The position numbers and the translations under genes are program-made. 64,000 bases of DNA. Origin: an uncultured Holophagales bacterium (GTDB taxonomy: Bacteria; Acidobacteriota; Thermoanaerobaculia; Multivoradales; UBA5704). Below are positions 20,471 to 29,926 of this stretch, piece after piece (positions within the stretch are counted from its first letter, which is position 1; each line of letters starts with the position of its first letter). The stretch covers positions 896,001-960,000 of the forward strand of contig CAWJGT010000009.1 in NCBI GenBank assembly GCA_963842525.1, in the 5' to 3' direction. Below the pieces are notes generated by a model that saw only the letters and a list, made by a program, of their open reading frames with translations, made no database searches and was not told the origin of the DNA.

Positions 20471-23400
20471 GTGCTTCCTCCTCCGATCAGCCCACCGAAC
20501 CTCCACTATCGCAATTTCCACCTCAAACTGTTCCAGAGCCCTCTCGACAGGGGCTATTACATAGAGGCCCTCGAGACGCCCTTGTCCAGGAGCGACCCGG
20601 TGCGGCTGGACCTCCCGCTGGCGGACCTCCAGCAGCATGTGAGCCGATTCAAGAGCGGAACGGCCGACCGGGAGGTCTCGAAGAAGCTGGGCGCGGCGCT
20701 GCTCCAGGCCCTGCTGCCGCACCCCATCCGCGAGATCTGGGAGCGGAGCCAGGGCTCGATCGAATCGGCAAGCATCCTGCGCCTCCGGCTGGACGTCCGC
20801 TGTCCGGAGCTCGCGGCCCTGCCCTGGGAGATGCTGTATGACGCCGGCAGGCGCTATTTCCTGGCCACCGCTCCGCAGCGTCCGATTGTGCGGTACGTCT
20901 ACGACGCCGCGTCCGAGCGGCCGCTTTCCCGGGTCTCGGACCTGAACGTCCTGATCGCGGTCTCGCGGCCTTCGGGGCTCGACGAGCTGGCGGCTGCGGG
21001 GCAGGAGGTCTCGATCATCCTGGACGCCTTGCAGGACCTCCGCGACCGCAACCGGGTCCGCGTGGACGTCCTCGAGCGGGCCACCATCAAGAAGCTCCAG
21101 CAGTCTCTCCTCCATGGCTACCACGTTCTCCACTTCATCGGTCACGGCCTGTTCGAGCGTGGTATCGGCCATCTGATCTTCGAGGACGATCGAGGGAAGC
21201 CGCAGTGGATCGACGGCGAGACGCTGGCGGTCTTCTGCCGCGAGACGCCGCTGCGCCTCCTGGTGCTCAACTCATGCGAGACGGCGGACGCCTCGGCCGT
21301 CGATCCGCTGTTGGGCGTGGCCCAGGCCGCCCTGGTGGCCGAGGTGCCGGCTGTCGTCGCCATGCAGGGTGCGATCCGGGACAAAGCGGCCGCGGAGTTC
21401 GCGCACGGCTTCTACCTGGCGCTGGCGGAGGGCTATCCTCTGGAGACCTGCGTGACGGAGGGGCGCAAGGCCATCATTGCCCAGAACCATGGGCTGGATC
21501 CTGCCGACTGGGCGGTACCCGTGCTGTTCAGCAATGCCCCCAACGGCCTCCTGTGGGAAAGCCAACCCTCGTCGGTGGTATGGTCCCATCCTCCCTTCAC
21601 CCCTCTGCCGGTGGCGAGCACAGCAGAGCGGGGCGCCCCCGCCGCCGAGCCCAAGCCGCTTCCCGGGGTGCCGCACAACCTGCCCGAGGCGGGGCCCGTT
21701 CGTTTCGTGGACCGCTCCGCGGAGCTGGCGCGCGTGCTCCAGGTGCTCGCGCCGGAGAGCGCGACGCCGGTAGCCGTCCTGACCGGCCTGCGAGGCATCG
21801 GGCGCTCGGCGCTGGCCCAGGAGGTGGCACGCCGGTGCCTCGCCCTCTCCCTCGAAAAGCCCGAGGATCCGCGGGCGTTCCGGGGCATCGTCTGGGCCTC
21901 TGCCCAGAAGGCCATGTGGACCCCCCAGGGCACGGCCCAGCTCCCGACCTCGACCTTGTGGAGCATGGACGACCTCACACTGACGATCGCCACGGCGCTC
22001 AGGAAGCCGGCGCTCAGCCAGGCGCGGCCCGAGGAGCGGCTGTCCCTGATCGAAGGCCTCCTGCGCGAGGCGCGATACCTCCTCGTGCTGGACGACGTGG
22101 ACGAGCTCCAGGACCCGCGCTGCCTCGACTTCCTGAAGAAGCTCGGCGCGTCCAGCCGGGCCGTGGTCACGAGCTGCTCGCCCATCGAGACCGGCGTCGA
22201 GATCCCCCTGGGCAGCCTGGGGAGCCAGGCAGCCCTGGAGCTTGTGCGCGAGGACGCCCGGGCGGCCGGCAGCCGTGCCGTCGAGGAGGCGAGCCCCGCG
22301 GACCTCGACGAGCTGGTGCGGCAGGCCGACGGTCTGCCGCTCGCGCTGCGGTGGGCCGTCGGCCAGCTCAAGGACTCCAGCCAGCCGCTCTCCTCGGTGG
22401 TCGAGCGTCTGGCCCAGGCCGGCCGTCAGTCGCTGGCCGAGTTCTGCTTGCGCAGCTCCGTCGAGAGGCTCACCCCGCCGCAGCGCAGGCTGTTCCTCGC
22501 CTTTGCCCTATTCCCCCGTGCCGCCACCGCCGAGGCCGCGGCAGCAGCCGCTCGCGTGGACGGCGACGATCTGGAGCGCTACCTCGAGCGGCTCGTGCGG
22601 CTGCGGCTGCTCGAGCCCGCAGACCGCCCGGGCCAGTACCGGATGATGCTCCTCACCCGCCAGTACGGCCTGGCCGACCTCGAGCTCGATCCCTCGTTCC
22701 ACCGCGACGCCGTGCGGCGGGCCGTCGAATTCATGGTGGATTTCGCCCGGGACGCCGCCCCCCAGGGCCAGCAGCCCGACGCGGACCGGTTGGAGGGGGA
22801 GATCGGCAATCTCCTGTGGGCGGCGCGCCAGGCGTACCAGATCAAAGCCTGGAAGCCGGTCCTGGGTTTCCGCGAGGCGCTCGGCGACTTCCTGTATACC
22901 TGCGGCTACTGGAACGAAGGGCTCCAGCTCGGGGAGTGGGCCTTCGACGCGGCGGACCGCCTGGGCGAGCGCAAGCAGAGGGCCTGGTGCGCCCTCTATC
23001 CGCTGGCCCGCCTGTACTTCCACCAGGGCAAGCACGAGGATGCGGAGAGCTGGTGCGAGCGGGCCCTGGCCCTCTTCGAGCAGCAGGAGGACGACCACGG
23101 CGCTGCCGCGGCCCTGCGCTACCTCGGCCGCGTAATGCAGGCCCGGGGGGAGTGGGAGCAGGCGGAGAAGCTCTTCCGGGAGGGGCTGGAGAAGGCCCGG
23201 AGCTTCGGCACCCAGCACTACGAGCTCAACCTGCGGGGCCACCTGCTGGCGGCTCTCGCCGGGCTTGCCGAGGCGCGCAAGCAGCACGCGGAAGCCTACG
23301 CGGGGTACGACGCGGCCTTGGCGCTCTATCGGACGACCGGGGACCTGATGGGGATCGCGACCACCCTCCTGAGCCTGGGCCGGGTGGCGCTGGGGCTGCG

Positions 23401-23677
23401 CCGTTTCGACGAGGCCGAGCGCCGCCTCGGCGAGAGTCTCGAGATCGCCAAGGGCCGGCACTGGGCCCGGCGGGAGGGGGACATTCTCGTCACCCTGGCC
23501 CACCTCGCCGAGGACCGGGGCGACCTGTCGCAGGCTCGCGACCTGCTCACCCGCGCCCGCGGGCTCTTCCAGGACTTTTCCGCCGCCGCCGCCGCAGACC
23601 TGGCCCACGCCGACGCGGCCCTGACGCGGATCTGGGCGGCTCTGGCCGCCCACCCGCAGCCGGCCGGAGGGTCTTGA
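20471..23677 (+). CDS. CHAT protease + NB-ARC/STAND NTPase + TPR (NLR-like protein)
   Basis: LPWEML, HFIGHG and LNSCET; PHNLP...FVDR; Walker A GLRGIGRS; Walker B LLVLDDVD; GLPLAL; C-terminal TPRs. Confidence 0.88.
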   Translation: MLPPPISPPNLHYRNFHLKLFQSPLDRGYYIEALETPLSRSDPVRLDLPLADLQQHVSRFKSGTADREVSKKLGAALLQALLPHPIREIWERSQGSIESASILRLRLDVRCPELAALPWEMLYDAGRRYFLATAPQRPIVRYVYDAASERPLSRVSDLNVLIAVSRPSGLDELAAAGQEVSIILDALQDLRDRNRVRVDVLERATIKKLQQSLLHGYHVLHFIGHGLFERGIGHLIFEDDRGKPQWIDGETLAVFCRETPLRLLVLNSCETADASAVDPLLGVAQAALVAEVPAVVAMQGAIRDKAAAEFAHGFYLALAEGYPLETCVTEGRKAIIAQNHGLDPADWAVPVLFSNAPNGLLWESQPSSVVWSHPPFTPLPVASTAERGAPAAEPKPLPGVPHNLPEAGPVRFVDRSAELARVLQVLAPESATPVAVLTGLRGIGRSALAQEVARRCLALSLEKPEDPRAFRGIVWASAQKAMWTPQGTAQLPTSTLWSMDDLTLTIATALRKPALSQARPEERLSLIEGLLREARYLLVLDDVDELQDPRCLDFLKKLGASSRAVVTSCSPIETGVEIPLGSLGSQAALELVREDARAAGSRAVEEASPADLDELVRQADGLPLALRWAVGQLKDSSQPLSSVVERLAQAGRQSLAEFCLRSSVERLTPPQRRLFLAFALFPRAATAEAAAAAARVDGDDLERYLERLVRLRLLEPADRPGQYRMMLLTRQYGLADLELDPSFHRDAVRRAVEFMVDFARDAAPQGQQPDADRLEGEIGNLLWAARQAYQIKAWKPVLGFREALGDFLYTCGYWNEGLQLGEWAFDAADRLGERKQRAWCALYPLARLYFHQGKHEDAESWCERALALFEQQEDDHGAAAALRYLGRVMQARGEWEQAEKLFREGLEKARSFGTQHYELNLRGHLLAALAGLAEARKQHAEAYAGYDAALALYRTTGDLMGIATTLLSLGRVALGLRRFDEAERRLGESLEIAKGRHWARREGDILVTLAHLAEDRGDLSQARDLLTRARGLFQDFSAAAAADLAHADAALTRIWAALAAHPQPAGGS

Positions 23678-24696
23678 TGGGGCAGTACCAGGGCGTCCTC
23701 CCCCAGGAGCATCCGCTCCACGGATTCCTGGCCAGGGACGTGCTGCAAGGGGTGCTCGGGCTCGCGGGAAGCGCCCCGGTCTTCGACGTCTACGCCCTGG
23801 CTGACTGCTCCACCCTCGTCCGCTACGTGGATCGGCAGACCCGCGCGGACCTGGTGGGCAAGTTCTACGGCAACAAATGGCTCCACGGTCGCCAGGACGG
23901 CGAGCCCGAGCTGCGCACCGCCCTGATGTGGCGGGAATTCCACAATCTCGAGCGCGTTCGCGCCCTGGGCCTGGACGCCCCGCCGCACTGCGTGGTCCGG
24001 CCCCTCGCGGCCAGCGAGGCGCACCACTGCATCCTCGTCGAGGAGTACGTGCCGGGAATCGACCTGGACACCCACGTCCGCGAGGCGATCCACTCCGGCC
24101 AGGGCGGTCCGCTGACCGCACGGCTCACCGAGGTCGCCCGGTTCCTCGCCGACCTGCACGACCGCTCCCGGACGGAGGAGGGCCCGGATCCCCAGAAAGC
24201 GCTGGGCTCCCTCGACAGGTACCTCGACCAACTTGCCTACTGGAACGTGATCTCGGGCGCCGAGAGGGAGCGTTTCGAGCGGCTGCGGGCCCGCTGGGCC
24301 GACTCCGGCCTCCTGGCGACGGGCCGGCAAGTGCTGGTCCATGGGGACGCCACGCCGGTCAACTTCATCCACGACGGCGAGCACAACGTGACCGCGATCG
24401 ACCTCGAGCGGCTCTGGCCCGGCGATCCCGCCGAGGACCTCGGTTGCCTGGTGGCCGAGCTCAAGCACCTCTTCTTCTGGTACGCTCACGAGACCTGGGA
24501 CAGCGAGCCCTGCATCCAGCACGTGTACGGTATCTATAAAAGCTACGAGCGTGGAGGCGAGGACTTCGGACGGCTCACCACGCGTGGCCGCTTTCACATG
24601 GGCTGCGTCCTGCTGCGCATCGCCAGGAACTCCTGGCTCGACCTCGACTACCGTCGGCGCTTGGTGGAGAAGGCGGAAGAATGTCTTCAGATTTGA
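23677..24696 (+). CDS. Aminoglycoside-phosphotransferase-like (APH) kinase
   Basis: ATG overlapping the upstream TGA; VGKFY, LVHGDATPVNF and IDLE motifs. Confidence 0.82.
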   Translation: MGQYQGVLPQEHPLHGFLARDVLQGVLGLAGSAPVFDVYALADCSTLVRYVDRQTRADLVGKFYGNKWLHGRQDGEPELRTALMWREFHNLERVRALGLDAPPHCVVRPLAASEAHHCILVEEYVPGIDLDTHVREAIHSGQGGPLTARLTEVARFLADLHDRSRTEEGPDPQKALGSLDRYLDQLAYWNVISGAERERFERLRARWADSGLLATGRQVLVHGDATPVNFIHDGEHNVTAIDLERLWPGDPAEDLGCLVAELKHLFFWYAHETWDSEPCIQHVYGIYKSYERGGEDFGRLTTRGRFHMGCVLLRIARNSWLDLDYRRRLVEKAEECLQI

Positions 24697-25418
24697 GACC
24701 GCGAGCGGTCCTCTTCGACCTCTACGGCACCCTGATCGACATCCACACCCGGGAGGACCAGCCCGAGGTCTGGGACCGGCTGGCCCGTTTTCTCCGCTAC
24801 CGCGGGCTGCGCGCCGACGCCGACGCGCTGCGCCACGGCTTCTTCAGGAGCGCCCAGAGGATCCAGGAGGAGAGCGCGGAGCGCCACCCGGAGGTCGACA
24901 ACCTCGGGATCTTTCGCTCGCTGCTGCGCGAGCTGTCCTACGACGGTCCCGACGCCTTCGCCGAAGAGGTGACCCAGCTCTTCCGTACCCTGAGCATGGT
25001 CCATTTCAGCTTGTTCCCGGACACCCTGCACACCCTGGAGTCCTTGCAGCAGCAGCGCTTCCGGCTGGGCCTGGTCTCCGACGCACAGAGGGTCTTCCTC
25101 GATCCGGAGATCACCATGACGGGCCTGCGGTCCTTCCTGGACGTGATCGTGATCTCCTCCGACCACGGCTTCCACAAGCCGGACCACCGCCTCTTCGAAG
25201 CGGCGGTCGCCGAGCTCGGACTACCGCGCGAGCGGGTGCTCTATGTAGGGGACAACATCCCGCGGGACGTCTGTGGCGCCAAGGCCGCCGGCCTCAAGAG
25301 CGTTCTCGTCAACCGCAACGGCAAGGAGGCTGGAGAGGGGGACGTCCAGCCCGACATCACCCTGCCGGACCTGGCGAGCTTTCGGGAGTGGGTGATGAAT
25401 CTGCCGGAGGCAGGGTAG
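24681..25418 (+). CDS. HAD-superfamily hydrolase/phosphatase
   Basis: FDLYGTL, VSDA, KPD and YVGDNIPRDV motifs. Confidence 0.9.
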   Translation: MSSDLRPRAVLFDLYGTLIDIHTREDQPEVWDRLARFLRYRGLRADADALRHGFFRSAQRIQEESAERHPEVDNLGIFRSLLRELSYDGPDAFAEEVTQLFRTLSMVHFSLFPDTLHTLESLQQQRFRLGLVSDAQRVFLDPEITMTGLRSFLDVIVISSDHGFHKPDHRLFEAAVAELGLPRERVLYVGDNIPRDVCGAKAAGLKSVLVNRNGKEAGEGDVQPDITLPDLASFREWVMNLPEAG

Positions 25419-25436
25419 GGAGCGCTGCCCAGAGTC

Positions 25437-26093
25437 TCATGGAGCCGTCGGCGCGCTCCGGGTCGTCTCCTGAGCCCGGACCGAGTCGCCGGGCGAGCCG
25501 CTGACCTGCGAGGCGTAGGAGCAGCCGCCAAACCGTCCGTGGACCGAGCCCCGGCCTGCCTGCCCGTCGTAGGCTCCTTCGAACGAGCCGCTGAGGACGA
25601 CTGGAGGAGGGGGAAGCTCCTCAGCCCCGCCGGCCCGGCCCGGGCTCTCCCGCTGTTGCATCTCGAGGGTCACCTCGCCGGTCGAGCCGACGAGGGCGCC
25701 GCTCCGGCTGCGCCCGGTGACGAAGAGCCGGGCGCGGTACGGGCCGCTGCCATGAAATTCGTCGATCCGCACCGCGACCGCGGGCAGGTCGGGATCACCG
25801 GTCCGCAGGTTGATCTGCAACCCGTCCTTGTCGTGCAGGACGCAGCGGGAGGCGCTTCTCCCTTCGAAGGCCTGCCGTCCGGTCGCCACCAGCATTGCGC
25901 CCTGCGTCTCCGGCTTCCAGCGCGAGGGAGGCGCCGCTGCCGGCGGACCAGCGTCCGAGAGGCGCGGCGGCTCCTCGCCGCCGCAGCCGGCCAGCCCGAA
26001 AAGCGTGAGCGTTGCGACCAGGGCCATTCCAGCGAGCCCAGATGTCCGAGCCTGGCATCGGTTCGACCAGATCATCGGCTCCTCCAGGGACAT
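25437..26093 (-). CDS. Hypothetical lipoprotein
   Basis: Hydrophobic signal ending in the lipobox LAGC. Start position uncertain. Confidence 0.6.
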   Translation of the reverse strand: MSLEEPMIWSNRCQARTSGLAGMALVATLTLFGLAGCGGEEPPRLSDAGPPAAAPPSRWKPETQGAMLVATGRQAFEGRSASRCVLHDKDGLQINLRTGDPDLPAVAVRIDEFHGSGPYRARLFVTGRSRSGALVGSTGEVTLEMQQRESPGRAGGAEELPPPPVVLSGSFEGAYDGQAGRGSVHGRFGGCSYASQVSGSPGDSVRAQETTRSAPTAP

Positions 26094-26187
26094 GAGACGG
26101 CCGCTCCGATGCGGCTCCGCCTTTCATGCGCGACTGCAGGAAGGGTGCCACTGACGGGTGCCCGGAGCTGTGAAGATCTTCACAGGC

Positions 26188-27897
26188 TCAGCGCTTCACC
26201 AGCGTCCCGTACAGAAACGAGACCCCGGCGAGGCCGGCCATCCAACGGCCGTACGAGGTCTCCGGCTGGTTGAGGTGGAGCAGGACGCCGGCGAGGAGCA
26301 ATGCCGCCGAGACCACCATCCAGGCGAGCCGCTGGAGCGAGCGCTCCAGGCGCTGGATGACCCGCTTCGTCTCCGGGGCGAGGGCGGTCTGTATGGTCAG
26401 GCCGCCGCGCTCGGCACGGATCAGGAAATTGTCCATGCGCCGCGGCAGGTCGAACAGGAGCCGGAGCTGGACGACCGCTTCCTCCAGGTAGCCCCGCCAG
26501 TCGCGCCGCAGGTCTTCGCGGGCGAGGCGCTGGGCGAACGGTATGGTCTCCGCCCAGGGGTCGAACTCCGGATCGAGCTGGGTGGACAGCCCGGCGAGCA
26601 GCCCCACGGCGCGCGAGGCGAAGAGGAGCTCCACCTGCATCTGGAAGGGCACCTGGTAGAGGAGGTCCCGATACTGGCGCAGGAAATAGCGGGCCTCCGA
26701 GAGCGCCACATCGCGCAGGCTGCCGATCCGCACCCCCCAGAAGCGGTCGAAGAGCTCCTCGTGGATCTCCTCCAGGCGCGTCAGGTCGGCGCCGGGCAGC
26801 AGCACACCCGCGCTGACGTAGGAGTGGACCACCCGGACGGGGTCGCGGGTGCCGAGCCCGATGGCGTACTCGCGCAGCGCGCCGCGCAACCGCTCGGGGA
26901 TGACCGCCACCATGCCGAAGTCGACGAAGACGATCTGGAAAGCCCGCTCACCGCCGTCCGGCGGGGGCGGTACAGGGTCTCCAGGCCCGAACGGGGCCTC
27001 TCCTTCCTGGGGCAGCGGGCGGACGAAGAGGTTGCCCGGATGGGGATCGGCGTGCACGAAGGAGTGCACGAAGATCTGTTGCATGTAGATCCGATAGAGG
27101 GTGCGCGCCACCTCGGCGCGGGAGATCCGGGCCTGGGCAAGCGCCGTGAGGTCGTTGATCTTCAGATACCCGACGTTTTCCAGCGTCAGCGTGCGGTGGG
27201 CGCTCTGGGACCAGAACACCCTGGGGATGCAGACGCGCGGATCGTCCGCGAAGTCGCGGGCGAACCGCTCGGCGTTGCGTCCTTCGGCCGCGAGGTCCAG
27301 CTCCTGGCGGGTGGTGGTGACGATCTCCTCGGCCAGCCGGTCGAGGTCGACCCGGCGCCGGATGCGGCTCGAGATCTTGAACAGCCGCAAGGCCAGGGTC
27401 GCCGCGGCGAGGTCGGTCTCGACGATGACGTCGATCCCCGGCCGCAGGACCTTGACCACGACCTTGTGGCCGTCGGGGAGATGGGCGGAGTGGACCTGGG
27501 CGAGGGAGGCGGAGCCTACCGGCTCGGGAGAGATCCAGGGGAAGACCTCGGCCAGCGGCCGGCCGAAGTCCTCCTCGATCTGGCGCGCGATTGCCGCGAA
27601 CGGCCCGGGCGCGACCTCGTCCTGGAGGCCGGCCAGCTCGCGGGTGACCTCCGGCGGCAGGAGGTCGACGCGGACGGAGAAGAACTGCCCCAGCTTGATG
27701 AGCACGCCGCCCATCTCGCCGGCCAGGGCCCGATACCGGCGAGCGATCCGGGCCCAGCGCTCCACGGCCGGCCGGCGGAAACGCCGCAGCCCCGGCACAT
27801 TGAGCAGGACGTCCCACCAGACGACGTGGACGAAGACCCGGGTAACGAAACGGCGCACCTTGCGGTAGCGCCTGAAATCAATGCCGGTCGGCCGCAT
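26188..27897 (-). CDS. AarF/ABC1/UbiB-family atypical kinase
   Basis: LIKLGQ, LQDEV, SASLAQVH, VKVLRP, HADPHPGN, DFGM and a C-terminal TM pair. The start MRPTGIDF is preferred because the longer ORF runs through a repeat. Confidence 0.9.
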   Translation of the reverse strand: MRPTGIDFRRYRKVRRFVTRVFVHVVWWDVLLNVPGLRRFRRPAVERWARIARRYRALAGEMGGVLIKLGQFFSVRVDLLPPEVTRELAGLQDEVAPGPFAAIARQIEEDFGRPLAEVFPWISPEPVGSASLAQVHSAHLPDGHKVVVKVLRPGIDVIVETDLAAATLALRLFKISSRIRRRVDLDRLAEEIVTTTRQELDLAAEGRNAERFARDFADDPRVCIPRVFWSQSAHRTLTLENVGYLKINDLTALAQARISRAEVARTLYRIYMQQIFVHSFVHADPHPGNLFVRPLPQEGEAPFGPGDPVPPPPDGGERAFQIVFVDFGMVAVIPERLRGALREYAIGLGTRDPVRVVHSYVSAGVLLPGADLTRLEEIHEELFDRFWGVRIGSLRDVALSEARYFLRQYRDLLYQVPFQMQVELLFASRAVGLLAGLSTQLDPEFDPWAETIPFAQRLAREDLRRDWRGYLEEAVVQLRLLFDLPRRMDNFLIRAERGGLTIQTALAPETKRVIQRLERSLQRLAWMVVSAALLLAGVLLHLNQPETSYGRWMAGLAGVSFLYGTLVKR

Positions 27898-27934
27898 CCC
27901 GCCGCTACGATGTACCACGATCCCCGCTGGGTCA

Positions 27935-28139
27935 ACCTCACCCCCTGTCCCCCTCTCCCATCGCCCCCCCACCGACCGGGAGAGGGGGGACGTAGCTGGA
28001 GCTTGGAGGCGAGGTCGAGGTTTGCTCGTAGAGAAGTTCTCCGAGAAGAAACAGCCAGCTATCCCCTCAGAGTACCAACCACGTTCCCCCTCTCCCGGAG
28101 GAAGGGAGGGAGATGGGAGAGGGGGCCAGGGGGTGAGGT
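27935..28139. repeat. Palindromic repeat family A, copy 1 (intergenic)
   Basis: ACCTCACCCCCTGTCCCCCTCTCCCA ... TGGGAGAGGGGGCCAGGGGGTGAGGT terminal inverted repeats, each arm with an internal hairpin. Confidence 0.88.
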
Positions 28140-28160
28140 GCCGTACTACAATCCCCGCCC

Positions 28161-29103
28161 ATGCGCCCCCGCCTCGTCTTCTGTGGATGCCTCCTTCTCG
28201 CCGCCTGCGGTACCAGCGCGCCTCCGTCAACCGTCGCGGCCGGAGCCGAGGCGGTCTCCCTGTTCGGCCAGCCGCTGACCTCCCCGGAGCTGCCGCCGGA
28301 GGTACGGGCCGACCGCGAGGCCAAGCTGGCCCAGGCCCGCGCCGATCTCCAGGCCCGGCCGGAGGATCCGGACGCGCTGATCTGGGTCGGCCGCCGGACC
28401 GCGTACCTGGGGCGCTATCGCGAGGCGATCGAGATCTTCGGCCAGGGGATCGAGAGATTCCCTCAGGACGCCCGCTTCCTGCGCCACCGCGGCCACCGCT
28501 GGATCACCGTACGGCAATTCGACCGCGCCGCCGAAGACCTCGGAAAGGCCGCGCGGCTCGTCGCCGGCCAGCCCGACGAGGTCGAGCCCGACGGGCTGCC
28601 CAACCGGTACAACATCCCCACGAGCACGCTCCAGTCGAATATCTGGTATCACCTGGGGCTGGCCCACTATCTCCAGGGGGATTTCGAGGCGGCCCTCCCG
28701 GCCTGGCGCGAGTGCCTGAAGGTGTCGAACCACCCGGACATGGAGGTGGCGACCCGGCACTGGCTCTACATGACCCTGCGCCGCCTGGGACGGGAAGCCG
28801 AGGCGGCCGAGGTCCTGGCTCCGGTCCGGGCCGACCTCAAGATCCTGGAGAACGGCGCCTACCACAAGCTGCTGTTGATGGTCCGCGGCGAGGTCACGCC
28901 CGAGGCGCTGTTCCGGCCCGGGGAGGGGGACGCGATCGATCCGGCGACTCTGGGCTACGGCCTCGGCAACTGGCATCTCTACAACGGCCGGCGCGGCGAG
29001 GCGGTCCGGGAAGCTCCAGGCGGTCCTGACCACCGGGCAGTGGGCGGCCTTCGGCTACATCGCCGCGGAGGCGGACCTGAAGCGCCTGGGGGAGCTGCCG
29101 TGA
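28161..29103 (+). CDS. TPR lipoprotein; frameshift near 29010
   Basis: Lipobox LAAC and TPR helices. The corrected end KLQAVLTTGQWAAFGYIAAEADLKRLGELP* overlaps the next GTG. TACAAT at 28147-28152 lies 8 nt before the ATG. Confidence 0.78.
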
Positions 29104-29918
29104 GCTTCACGCTCCGCTCGTTCTCGTCGAACGAGGACTTCGAGGCCTGCGTCGAGCTGCAGAAGCTGACCTGGGGGCACGACTTCTCGGACGTCGTGCC
29201 GCTCAGCATCCTGAAGATCGGTCAGAAGGCGGGAGGGGTCGCCGCCGGAGCGTTCGCGCCGGACGGCCAGATGCTCGGCTTCGTCTGGGGCCTGACGGGT
29301 CTCCGCGACCGCCGCCCGTTCCACTGGTCGCACATGGCCGCGGTGCGGCCGGGGACCCGCGACACGGGGATCGGCCGCGAGCTCAAGCTCTATCAGCGCC
29401 AGCTCGTCCGCGAGATGGGGGTCGAGGAGGTCGAGTGGACCTACGATCCGCTCGAATCCCGCAACGCGAACCTGAACCTCGACAAGCTCGGCGCCGACGT
29501 CAAGGAGTACGTGGAGGACATGTACTCCGGCGAGATGGGCAGCGAGCTCGCAAGGGGGATCGGCACCGACCGGTTCATCGTGAGCTGGAAGATCGCCAGC
29601 CCCAAGGTGGCCGAGCGCCTGGCCGGACACCGGCTCGATCCTGCCGTGGTGGCCGAACGTTTCCGGGATGCGCCAGTGATCGGCCTGGAAGCCGCGGAGG
29701 AGGAGGTCGCTCTGCCTGACGCCCCCCTCGTCCGCGTGGCCATCCCGGACGACATCCAGGCCGTCAAGACGGAGCGGCCCGAGGAGGCTGCCGCATGGCG
29801 GCAGTCGACCCGGCGGGCCTTCGTCCGCTACCTTCCTCCCCACGGCCGTTACAGCGTCGAGGCCTTCCTCCGGGATCCGGAAAGCCACCTCGGCTTCTAT
29901 TGTCTCGTTGCCCCTTGA
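29100..29918 (+). CDS. GNAT-family acyltransferase (NSAR-associated succinyltransferase type)
   Basis: SHMAAV...GIGRELKLYQR, WTYDPL, NANLNLDKLG and TDRF motifs; lies directly upstream of menC/NSAR. Confidence 0.82.
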   Translation: MSFTLRSFSSNEDFEACVELQKLTWGHDFSDVVPLSILKIGQKAGGVAAGAFAPDGQMLGFVWGLTGLRDRRPFHWSHMAAVRPGTRDTGIGRELKLYQRQLVREMGVEEVEWTYDPLESRNANLNLDKLGADVKEYVEDMYSGEMGSELARGIGTDRFIVSWKIASPKVAERLAGHRLDPAVVAERFRDAPVIGLEAAEEEVALPDAPLVRVAIPDDIQAVKTERPEEAAAWRQSTRRAFVRYLPPHGRYSVEAFLRDPESHLGFYCLVAP

Positions 29919-29926
29919 GGGGGACC

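Noticed and set aside
21205-24696. 1163-aa ORF overlapping the CHAT-NLR gene
   Set aside because: The first roughly 820 aa are a GC-rich shadow frame. Only 23677-24696 has kinase motifs.
26188-28230. 110-aa N-terminal extension of the AarF kinase
   Set aside because: It runs through an intergenic palindromic repeat and overlaps the divergent gene. The ATG at 27897 fits better.
28161-29918. Apparent TPR-GNAT fusion of 585 aa
   Set aside because: An extra base near 29010 creates it. The corrected TPR gene stops at 29103, overlapping the GNAT GTG.
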